Origin: an uncultured Verrucomicrobiota bacterium
GTDB lineage: Bacteria; Verrucomicrobiota; Kiritimatiellia; CAIKKV01
Assembly: GCA_964481675.1 (NCBI GenBank)
Contig: CAYZVY010000006.1
Location: 1 to 44,591 of the forward strand
Direction of reading: 5' to 3'
Length of the DNA: 44,591 nt
Shown here piece by piece: positions 36,629 to 44,591 of this stretch. Positions within the stretch are counted from its first letter, which is position 1. The number at the start of each line of letters is the position of its first letter. The notes below the pieces were generated by a model. It was not told the DNA's origin. It saw nothing but the letters and a program-made list of their open reading frames with translations, and searched no databases. Position numbers and translations under genes: made by a program.

Positions 36629-38967
36629 CAGATGCTTCCGGCCCGGTTGCCGACGAACCGGTCATCGATCAGCCCGCGCTCGTCGAGTTCCTTGAGGACA
36701 TGCAGTCGCCGGATGGGATGACCGCCCCGGCGCAGCAGCATGGGCACCGCCGCCTGGACAGTTTTCAAGACGCCGTCCATGTCGTTCGTCAAACGTCCCA
36801 GGATCCAGGCCGCGAAGAAGTCCATGCCCCGGACATCGTTCAGGCTGAAGCCGCCCGGCGTGACCGCCGTCTTCAGCAGGCGCACGGCCAGGTTCTTGAA
36901 CTCCGCCTTCCCGGTCACCTCGAACAGCCGGTACAATCCGGAGAAGCTCGACCAGTCGCCATAGCCCGTGATCAGCTTGTGCGGATGCTTCGCCGTGCCC
37001 TGCGGATACGGATACTTGAACTCGCCGTACGCCTTGATCCAGCGGAGATAGAAATTCTTGATGATGTGGCGGGCGGCTTCGATGTAGCGCTCGTCGCGGG
37101 TCAGCCGGTAAGCGGCCGCCAGGTTGACCAGCGGCATGCCGGCCTCGCGGCCGTCGCAGCATACGCAGTCGATCTTGTTGAACGCCCAGTAGACTTGGTT
37201 GTCGCCCACCGCGATGACCGCCTTCCGCGCGCGCTCGTCGCCGCTCAGGTAGTAATAGGCCAGCAGCCCCTCGGCCCACTGGTGGCTGGGATAGACGTTG
37301 CCGACGTAGTGGTGGCCGGTGTGCGGAATCAGCCCGCCCTTCTGCCGCGGATCCGTGCTCCACTCGCAGAAGTCGATCTCCATGTAATGGCGCGCCGCCT
37401 CCTTGCCGTAGTCCCAGGCATACGCGTGCCCCGTGCGGATGTAGTGCTGCAGCGGGAACAGGACCGAAATGTCGTCCTCGTTGTTGGAGCAGCTTGTGGC
37501 GTCGGCGTTGACATTGCAGCCGAAATGGAACATCCCCGTCGCGGGCTGGCGGTCGTAGGTGTAGCGGGCCGGATTGCCGGCGGCCGGAGCCACCTCGATC
37601 AGGTTTTCCAGCATCGGATACTTATCGGGCTGGTAGGCCAGGAACTGGTGCGCCTCCAGCGCCTCGCACGCCCGGAACCAGGCCGGATCGACCGTGATTT
37701 CGACCGGCTCCGTGTACCCGTATTCCCAGCGCCCCAGGACGTCCAGCACGCCGTCCATGTCAAGGGCCTCGCGGTCGCCCCGCAGCCACAGGATGTGCGA
37801 CTTGCTGACCCCCTGCACGAGTTGCATGGGCGTGGCCCATTCGGGCCAGATGTTGTAGGTCAGCGTCTGCTCGTCGACGACGATCGACTTGGGATGAAGC
37901 TGGCGGAAATGCTCGAACGCGGTGGTCAGGGTGTAGGCGTCGGACACCCACCCGAAGATGGGCGCCATGGTCCGGATGTGCGAGAAGTCGTTGAACGCCC
38001 GGAAGCCCGACTGCTGCCCCGGCCGCATGTGGAACGGATACGCGCCCCAGTTTTCCTTGAGGCTCCCCTCGTTGCGCAGGAAAATCTGCCCGCCCGCCGT
38101 GGCGTGGGCCGTCACCCCGTCCTTGTAGCTGGCGGCATAGGTGTCCAGGTTGCCCGTGCTGCTGGCCACCAGTTCGATGTTTTCCTTCAGAGCCAGGTCG
38201 CGGTGGAACCAGTCGTGCCCGTGGTGCAGCTGGCGCATGACCTTGGCGCCGTCGGGCTTCAGCGTGGTCGGCAGGACCAGGCGGACCGCCTTGATCGCGA
38301 TCTTGCCTTCCCGCGGCTCGCGGCAATAGAACGTGTGCTCGATTTTCAGGTCCGGATTGTTCGCCTTCAGCTCGAAGCGCAGCGCGAAATCCAGCAGCGT
38401 GCTGCCGTCCCGCGACGCATGCCTGCCTTCGACCGTCACTTCCGTCCGAAGCGGATTGGCGTGGGTCACGGTCAGCTTGTAGGCGCCGGCCAGGCTGGCC
38501 CGGTACAGCTTGCCGCCGGGCTCCATCACCTGCAGGTCGGCCGTCATGCCGCGCTCCAGGATCGTCCGCCCGCTCAGCACCAGCTTGCGGATCAGGCTGC
38601 CGCCCTCGGACGACAGTTCCACGCGGCTCAGGCCGTTGTCCAGGACAAGGCTTTTTCCCTGCTTCTTCACCATCACGGGATGAACCACCCGCGCCGGCTT
38701 GCGGCCTGTGGGCTGCACCGCGATGGACGTCGTCTCCTGCCCCTCCAGGTTCACCTGGATATCCAGCAGCGCCCACTCGATGGAGCCGTCGGGCCGCCGC
38801 TGCAGCACACGGGCGTCAACCGGCAGCGGCCGCCCCTTCGCGTCGAACGCGCCGATCGAAGCCGGATTCTTCACGGCGCCCGGCGGCATGGGAACGCCGC
38901 GGGTCACCAGATACGGCTTCAAGGCTGCCAGCGTTTCGTTGTGCAGATGGATGTGGCCTTGCATCAT
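36628..38967 (-). CDS. YetA/PcRGLX-like (exo-rhamnogalacturonan-lyase-like) protein: N-terminal beta domains plus alpha/alpha toroid
   Basis: VTRGVPMPPG...PDGSIEWALLD N-terminus, LDNG...V, NNED, HYMEID, HQWAEGLLAYYYLSGD, AYRLTRDERY. Confidence 0.55.
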   Translation of the reverse strand: MMQGHIHLHNETLAALKPYLVTRGVPMPPGAVKNPASIGAFDAKGRPLPVDARVLQRRPDGSIEWALLDIQVNLEGQETTSIAVQPTGRKPARVVHPVMVKKQGKSLVLDNGLSRVELSSEGGSLIRKLVLSGRTILERGMTADLQVMEPGGKLYRASLAGAYKLTVTHANPLRTEVTVEGRHASRDGSTLLDFALRFELKANNPDLKIEHTFYCREPREGKIAIKAVRLVLPTTLKPDGAKVMRQLHHGHDWFHRDLALKENIELVASSTGNLDTYAASYKDGVTAHATAGGQIFLRNEGSLKENWGAYPFHMRPGQQSGFRAFNDFSHIRTMAPIFGWVSDAYTLTTAFEHFRQLHPKSIVVDEQTLTYNIWPEWATPMQLVQGVSKSHILWLRGDREALDMDGVLDVLGRWEYGYTEPVEITVDPAWFRACEALEAHQFLAYQPDKYPMLENLIEVAPAAGNPARYTYDRQPATGMFHFGCNVNADATSCSNNEDDISVLFPLQHYIRTGHAYAWDYGKEAARHYMEIDFCEWSTDPRQKGGLIPHTGHHYVGNVYPSHQWAEGLLAYYYLSGDERARKAVIAVGDNQVYWAFNKIDCVCCDGREAGMPLVNLAAAYRLTRDERYIEAARHIIKNFYLRWIKAYGEFKYPYPQGTAKHPHKLITGYGDWSSFSGLYRLFEVTGKAEFKNLAVRLLKTAVTPGGFSLNDVRGMDFFAAWILGRLTNDMDGVLKTVQAAVPMLLRRGGHPIRRLHVLKELDERGLIDDRFVGNRAGSI

Positions 38968-40289
38968 AGCGGAGTTCCTTCCGTTTGCGGTTGCGGTAAA
39001 ACAGGTGCCGGTTCATGGACCACGCGCGGCTGCGCCGCCCATGTTTCCGGAATGCGGCTCATGCAGATCCAGGAAAAGACGGCGATTCCGCCCATGACAA
39101 TGAAGAGCGTCAGATAGGCTTCCATCGGGTAGAGGCGGCCGTCCGGCGTCAGGGTTGACCGGTCGGCAAACCGGTCCAGGATCCGGCCGGAGACATAGGA
39201 CAGCACGGAAACGCCCACATACGAGGACGCGTTCAGCACCGCCACGCTCTGGGCCACGCAATCGGGCCGGTTCAGCTCCTTGATGACCGCGGAGGCGGCC
39301 GCCCCGCTCCCCACGCTGGCGGCCAGCAGGATGTAGCCGGCCAGGTAAAGGGACGCCGGCGCCCGGAACGCGGCGGCGGCGATCAGCACGCCGACGCCCA
39401 GGACCAAAATGAAGCCGAAGATCAGCAGGACCGGCCGGCGGCGCTGGCCGGACCACTTCAGCCACAGCCCGCACAGGAAGGCCGACCCCGCGCTGATGGC
39501 CGCCATGATCAGGACAAAGGTGGCGGCCCGGTTGGAGCCCAGGCCAAGCGTGTCCTGGAGCAGCTTCTTGCCCACCACGTTCTGCACCACGAACAGCACC
39601 GCGAAATTGGACATGCAGGCCAGCATCAGGGGAAGCGAGCGGCGGGACAGCAGCACGTCCAGGACCGGCCGGAAGGAAATGCGGACCGCCGTCCGCGGCG
39701 ACGGCGGAAGCGTCCGCAGGGTCAGCCACGCGCCCAGGATCGACAGCACCGTCAGCAGGGCGACGGCGAACAGCGACTCGCGCCACCCGAGCCAGGCCGT
39801 CAGCGCCGCGAAGGGCAGCGTTCCGCTCATGCCCCCGGCATACCCCATGAACAGGACCATACCGAGCACGGTGGGAAACCGGCGCGGGCCGAACAGCGCC
39901 TCGATTTCATGCACGATGCTCAGGAACATGAAGCTGGCGCCGAATCCCGTCAGCGCCCGCGCCAGGTACAACTCGACCACCGTTCGCGACGAGGGGAACC
40001 ACAGGCTGCCCGCGGCCATCAGCAGCCCGCCGGCCAGCAGCATCCGGCGGCCGCCGTAGCGGTCCACCGCCATCCCGATGAACAGCTGGGTGACCGCGTA
40101 GATGCCCAGGAACAGCGCGCCGAGCCCGGCCACCGCCGTGGCCGTCAGGTGCAGGTCCATCTGGATTTCGTTGAAAATCGTGCCCGGAACCGCGGCGCGG
40201 TGGAAATAGGAAAAGAAATAGACCGGAGCCATGGCCGCCAGGGCGATCCAGGCCGAGCGCATGCCGCTGAAAAGCCGCGGATTAGACAT
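38964..40289 (-). CDS. MFS transporter
   Basis: About 12 hydrophobic segments, GMAVDRYGGRR motif A, RALTGFG, GWR. Confidence 0.9.
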   Translation of the reverse strand: MSNPRLFSGMRSAWIALAAMAPVYFFSYFHRAAVPGTIFNEIQMDLHLTATAVAGLGALFLGIYAVTQLFIGMAVDRYGGRRMLLAGGLLMAAGSLWFPSSRTVVELYLARALTGFGASFMFLSIVHEIEALFGPRRFPTVLGMVLFMGYAGGMSGTLPFAALTAWLGWRESLFAVALLTVLSILGAWLTLRTLPPSPRTAVRISFRPVLDVLLSRRSLPLMLACMSNFAVLFVVQNVVGKKLLQDTLGLGSNRAATFVLIMAAISAGSAFLCGLWLKWSGQRRRPVLLIFGFILVLGVGVLIAAAAFRAPASLYLAGYILLAASVGSGAAASAVIKELNRPDCVAQSVAVLNASSYVGVSVLSYVSGRILDRFADRSTLTPDGRLYPMEAYLTLFIVMGGIAVFSWICMSRIPETWAAQPRVVHEPAPVLPQPQTEGTPL

Positions 40290-41580
40290 GGGCCCCCAGC
40301 CCGAACAGCGTTGCGGGGTTGTCCACCAGCAGCCAGCGCGCGATCTCCTTCGCGCGGTCGAGATCGAAGCTGCCGTCCTCGACCTTCACCGCGAGCGACG
40401 AGGCAATGTTCCGCCGGGCCAGGTACTGGTGGCCATACACGCCTTCAGGGAAGCAATAGTCGCCCCCGAATCCCATGATCTTGTTCGCCGGCACGGCGTC
40501 AAGCCATTCGGTCAGCGTCCGGCGGCTGGCTTCCGGGCTGATGATATGCGCCCAGCACATGTCCAGGAAAACGTTCCGGCAATTCTTGGCCAGCGCGCCC
40601 GCCTCCATCGTGTAGGGATAGCTGATATGGAAAAGGTCGAACTTGACGTTTTCATACGCCAGGAACAGGTTGCTCAGCAGCGTCGGGTTGGAATGGCTCA
40701 GGATGTTGCCGTTGCCCTCCTGCAGCCCCGTGTGGATCTGGTAAACCAGGCCGTGCTCGTCGGCAATCCGGCAAACCACGTGCTGCATGTAATCCTGCAG
40801 CGCCTTGGGCGTGGAGAGCGGAGGCCGCCAGGCCGGGTTGTGGTCGTCGCCGAAGAACTGGTTGAACCCCTGCTCCGCCTCCGCGCGGGTCGCCTTTTCG
40901 AACCGCAATTCCCGCATATACGCCAGGCCGCATTTCAGGCAGACCACGCGGCCGGGCTCCGCCAGGTATGTCTCGATCGTCCGGCGGACGGACTCCTCCC
41001 AATCCTCCAGCGCGTTGACCGTGACGCCAACGCGCTGCCCGATTTCGCGCATCTGGGTGCGGTGGGTCGGCATGATGAACGGATCCGTGCGGAGCGTGAA
41101 GACGAACGGGTCGGGCGCATTCAGGGTGTCCGGCACAGCGGGATCAAAGGAATCGCGGATGCTGACGGCGATACCCGACTTCTGCCCCAGCACCCAGCGG
41201 TAGTAATCCTTGCGCGCCCGCGCCGCCAGGAATCGGCTGTTGAGCTCGAGAATCGTGTCGGCGCCAATGCGGGGAATGTCGAACAAATCCCGCGCCGCCA
41301 ACGCGAGCGCCCGGCCGTAACCCGTGTTCTCGGCGGCCCGCCAGAACGGCTCCGCCTTTTTCCAGCGTGCCAGCAGATCGCCGCCCGGCTTGCGCACCTC
41401 ATCCAGCTCTTTCGGGGTCAGGCCGGCGGAGACCAGGTCGCAGCTGAAATAATGGATCAGCCAGGAGGCCAGCACGTCCGTATTCTGGCGCGGCAGGTCG
41501 CGCTCGAGCGGCAGGTGCTCGTGGGTGTCCACGATCTTCAGGGGCAGGATGCATTCCAGCAGCGATTCCCGGGCGTTCAT
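40282..41580 (-). CDS. amidohydrolase-superfamily protein (uronate-isomerase-like)
   Basis: IVDTHEH, LKCGLAY.R.L.F, QIHTG, LFHISYP, DMCW, KIMGFGGD. Confidence 0.75.
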   Translation of the reverse strand: MNARESLLECILPLKIVDTHEHLPLERDLPRQNTDVLASWLIHYFSCDLVSAGLTPKELDEVRKPGGDLLARWKKAEPFWRAAENTGYGRALALAARDLFDIPRIGADTILELNSRFLAARARKDYYRWVLGQKSGIAVSIRDSFDPAVPDTLNAPDPFVFTLRTDPFIMPTHRTQMREIGQRVGVTVNALEDWEESVRRTIETYLAEPGRVVCLKCGLAYMRELRFEKATRAEAEQGFNQFFGDDHNPAWRPPLSTPKALQDYMQHVVCRIADEHGLVYQIHTGLQEGNGNILSHSNPTLLSNLFLAYENVKFDLFHISYPYTMEAGALAKNCRNVFLDMCWAHIISPEASRRTLTEWLDAVPANKIMGFGGDYCFPEGVYGHQYLARRNIASSLAVKVEDGSFDLDRAKEIARWLLVDNPATLFGLGAHV

Positions 41581-41583
41581 GCG

Positions 41584-44523
41584 CTACTCCATGGCCAGGG
41601 GTTTCAGGCGGATCAGCAGCGTGGCGATGGTGTGCCCGCGCATCGGAAGCAGCGCGGAGCGCCCCTTCCAGGTCGCCGCGCCGGCGACAGGCCGCTCCAT
41701 CATGTCGAGCGTCTCGACCCCGGTCACGCGTTTGGCCAGGGCGGCGGGCAGAGCCAGCCGGGATACGGCGGCCCGGTTGCCCGGGTTGAAGAGGCGGACC
41801 GCCAGCCCGTCCCCGTTTTCGGAACGCTTGACGCCGCTCACCAGGATGGACGGCTCCTCCTGGCGCAGCCAGGAGGCCGAGGCCGACCAGGCCCCCTTGT
41901 GGATCCCCGTCCCCACCGTCTTCAGCGGGCGGTTGAAATCCTGGCCCGCGCGGATGGCGTCGGCCACCGGCAGGCCGATGCCGAACGGCTCGATCGCCAG
42001 GTTGATCTCGTGCTGCCCGATCTCAGGCAGGTTGTCGGGCTCGTAGCTGCTCCGGATCAGCGTCAGCCGAAGCGTGCTGCCGGTCAGCGAATGGCCGTGC
42101 TTGGAGTCGTTAATCAGCAGGACACCCGCCTTGACCGCCTTCCGGGCCGCGCCATGCACCTGCGCCCACTGCAGCGCGGGCACCTCCTCGCCTGCGTTCT
42201 GCGTCCGGTCCACGGCCCCGAACGCGATCTCGTAGCGCGCGGCCGCTCCGGTCAGCGCCAGCGGCAGCGCGAAAGTCAGCGCCGGCACCCCGATTTCGCG
42301 CGAGCCGCGCTGGAACCAGACGGCCGCGATCTTCACATACAGCCGCGGATCGCCGGCCCGCAGCTCGTAGGTCAGCGTCAGGTCCGACTCCTCGATGCGC
42401 AGCGTCGCCTCGACCGACGCCTTGAGCGGTCCGGTCAGTTTCTTTTTCAGCTCGCGCAGCACCGGCGCGCGAGGAGGCTCGCCCGGGTGCTGGATCTGCC
42501 AGGCCGACATGCCGTGCGGCCGTTCGACCGTATACTCCAGCGAAGGCGCATGCTGCTCGGGCGTGACCAGGTCCACCCCGGTGCGCTTGTCGGTCAGCCG
42601 CAGGATGCCCCCCGTCACGGGGTCGAGCGCCACGCACAGGTACTCGTTTTCCAGGCCGGACCGGGCGCGCTCGTGCGCGGCGTAGGAGCAGTGGTGAACG
42701 GGCTCGATCGGAACCGCCTGTTCCTGTTTCGATAAACCCGGACGGGCGGCCGGATCGGCTTCCTCGCGAACCACGTACCGGGAGTAGCCGCCGGCAGGCA
42801 CTTCGGCGCGGAAGGCGACGGTCACGTAATCGTGCCGCCAGAAATTGCCCGAATTGACGATCTGCGCGACGGCCGTCTTGCCGTCGGGCCCCACGGCCAC
42901 ATACGTCTTCTGCTTCAAAGGCGACGTCGCGGCCACCGGAGCGTTGTCCCAGAGCGTGACCTCGATGATCTCGTCGCGGTCGTGCAGCAGCGGATTGAAG
43001 ACGACGAACGGGCGCGCGCCGCGGCCGCCCGACTGCTCCGAGGCCACCAGCCCGCCGTTTACGCTCTGGAAGCCCACGCCGCCCCCCAGCCCGTCGCAGA
43101 GGGCCGAGGGCGCGATATCGGGCCCGGCAAATGGCCCGGCCGAGGAGGTGTCCACGCGGTTGGCCAGTTCGCGCAGGGCGAAGGTCTCGATCTGCGCCGT
43201 GGCGGCCATGGTCTTCTGGAACAGCCCGTGCGTGTAGGTGCGCGTGTCGTGGACACCCGAGCCGGGCAGGATGTCGTGGAAGTGGCTGAAGAGCGTGTCG
43301 CGCCAGCCCTCTTCGAACTGCTTTGCCGGATACGGCATGCCCAGCGCGCCCCACCCGATCGAGGCGGCCATCTCGGCATCCACCAGCCGGTTTTCCCCAA
43401 GGCGGTTCGCCTTTTTGATGAGGGTCTGCGTGGTGTAGCAGCCGGCGAACTCGCAGTTCAACTCGCGTTTGATTTCAGGAACACCCGTTGCCTGCGGATC
43501 GATCGTCTTCATGTAGCCCGAAGCCGTGCCGAAAACCAGGCGCGGGAACACGGGCCAGTCGCGAAGCTCAAGGGCCATCAGGATGTCGCGCCGGGTCGGG
43601 CCGCCGCCGTGGTCGCCCACCCCGAAAACGAACAGGTGATCCTTCAGCCCGGTCTGCTTGAAGAAGGCGGCGCTTTCCTTGGCCAGCAGGTCGCCGCGGA
43701 TCTCGCCGTTGTAACCGCAGGAGGATGGGGTGTCGTTCCGCACCAGGACGGAGGAGCCGTCGCGCCCGAACCAGCGGAAGAGCCAGAGCTTGGCCGCCTC
43801 GGCGTCGCCCGGCCGGTGCATATACAGGTATTTCACGCCGCCCTGCGCCAGGTAGGTCGGCACACTGGCGGCATGCCCGAAGGTGTCGGGCGACCAGTCG
43901 ATCGGCACATCCTCGGGCTCCAGCCCGAACAGGGTCTTCATGTATGTGCGCGTATAGAGCAGGTGCCGGCAGAGCGCCTCGGCGCCGGCCAGGTTCTTGT
44001 CGCCCTCCACCCAGTGGCTGGCGGTGACCTCCCAGCGGCCTTCCTTCACGCGGGCCGCGATGCGGGCCAGCAGGTCAGGCCGGTGCTGCTCCAGGATGGC
44101 ATAGACGCTGGCCTGGCTCTGTGAAAAGGTGAACTCGGGATACTCGTCCATCAGCTTGAGAACGGTGCTGAACGTGTCAACCGTGAGCGACACGGTTTCC
44201 GGCCACGACCACATCCAGTTCATGTCGATGTGGGCATGCCCGGCGCAGTGGATGGTGTAGGTGCGCGCCACCTTGGCGAGCGGGGCGAGGAGCGCTTCGG
44301 CCTGGCGGACCGCCTGGCGGAGCGCGCTGGTGTCGCCCGTACCGGCCGCCTGCTCCACGAGGGCCTGGGCCTTGTCCAGAAGCGCCCCCCACTCCTTGGC
44401 CTTGGCCGGATGCAGGTCGCACAGGGAGGCGGCAAACTGCCGTTGGGATTCGAAGCGCTTGACTGCGTGATCGAAGGACGCGCGGGCCAGTTGAGCCTGA
44501 CGTGGAAGATCGGACTGTTTCAC
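41584..44523 (-). CDS. GH38 alpha-mannosidase, cytoplasmic
   Basis: HAHIDMNWMW, WSPDTFG, GVGDHGGG, GELN..FAGCYTTQ-like motif (RELNCEFAGCYTTQ), FHDILPGS, NDSKHG, LIRSSYEPD. GTG start. Confidence 0.88.
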   Translation of the reverse strand: MKQSDLPRQAQLARASFDHAVKRFESQRQFAASLCDLHPAKAKEWGALLDKAQALVEQAAGTGDTSALRQAVRQAEALLAPLAKVARTYTIHCAGHAHIDMNWMWSWPETVSLTVDTFSTVLKLMDEYPEFTFSQSQASVYAILEQHRPDLLARIAARVKEGRWEVTASHWVEGDKNLAGAEALCRHLLYTRTYMKTLFGLEPEDVPIDWSPDTFGHAASVPTYLAQGGVKYLYMHRPGDAEAAKLWLFRWFGRDGSSVLVRNDTPSSCGYNGEIRGDLLAKESAAFFKQTGLKDHLFVFGVGDHGGGPTRRDILMALELRDWPVFPRLVFGTASGYMKTIDPQATGVPEIKRELNCEFAGCYTTQTLIKKANRLGENRLVDAEMAASIGWGALGMPYPAKQFEEGWRDTLFSHFHDILPGSGVHDTRTYTHGLFQKTMAATAQIETFALRELANRVDTSSAGPFAGPDIAPSALCDGLGGGVGFQSVNGGLVASEQSGGRGARPFVVFNPLLHDRDEIIEVTLWDNAPVAATSPLKQKTYVAVGPDGKTAVAQIVNSGNFWRHDYVTVAFRAEVPAGGYSRYVVREEADPAARPGLSKQEQAVPIEPVHHCSYAAHERARSGLENEYLCVALDPVTGGILRLTDKRTGVDLVTPEQHAPSLEYTVERPHGMSAWQIQHPGEPPRAPVLRELKKKLTGPLKASVEATLRIEESDLTLTYELRAGDPRLYVKIAAVWFQRGSREIGVPALTFALPLALTGAAARYEIAFGAVDRTQNAGEEVPALQWAQVHGAARKAVKAGVLLINDSKHGHSLTGSTLRLTLIRSSYEPDNLPEIGQHEINLAIEPFGIGLPVADAIRAGQDFNRPLKTVGTGIHKGAWSASASWLRQEEPSILVSGVKRSENGDGLAVRLFNPGNRAAVSRLALPAALAKRVTGVETLDMMERPVAGAATWKGRSALLPMRGHTIATLLIRLKPLAME

Positions 44524-44550
44524 AGGAACCCCCTTCAGTCGGATAATCAG

Positions 44551-44590
44551 ATGAAATTCATATCTTGCCCGTTCATGCGCCCCTTTTCAA
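44551..44590 (-). promoter_or_regulatory. possible promoter and small operator of the GH38-sulfatase operon
   Basis: Minus strand reads TTGAAA-17 nt-CAAGAT, followed by the palindrome ATGAA-T-TTCAT (44551-44561); at the window edge. Confidence 0.35.
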
Positions 44591-44591
44591 G

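Noticed and set aside
36700-39117. 805-aa plus-strand ORF
   Set aside because: Antisense shadow of the 36628-38967 gene; no recognisable domain or RBS
40231-42735. 834-aa plus-strand ORF
   Set aside because: Antisense to the well-supported amidohydrolase and GH38 genes; Arg/Gln/Gly-rich shadow composition

Overview
GC-rich bacterial chromosomal segment, probably from a PVC-superphylum organism (Kiritimatiellota/Lentisphaerota-like; inferred from gene content and protein style, not proven). It holds about 28 CDS. These include two minus-strand carbohydrate-catabolic runs (GH38-GH4-DegT aminotransferase-UroD-like-alpha/beta hydrolase, and GH38-amidohydrolase-MFS-YetA/PcRGLX-like-sulfatase-amidohydrolase), a heparinase II/III-like lyase, a 1584-aa secreted beta-helix protein, addB-addA, an amidohydrolase pair plus rubrerythrin, an FGE-domain protein, an Rrf2-sbp-cysTWA sulfate uptake operon and a secreted Asp/Gly-repeat protein. 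Non-coding structure includes three copies of a GTGG-tagged REP doublet (REPIN-like). Two copies carry a nested 24-nt insert and bracket one gene in inverted orientation. There is also a GTAG REP, a perfect 30-bp inverted repeat and several sigma70-like promoters with palindromes. I saw no rRNA, tRNA, CRISPR array or transposase. All functional calls come from motif recognition by eye; no database search was run.
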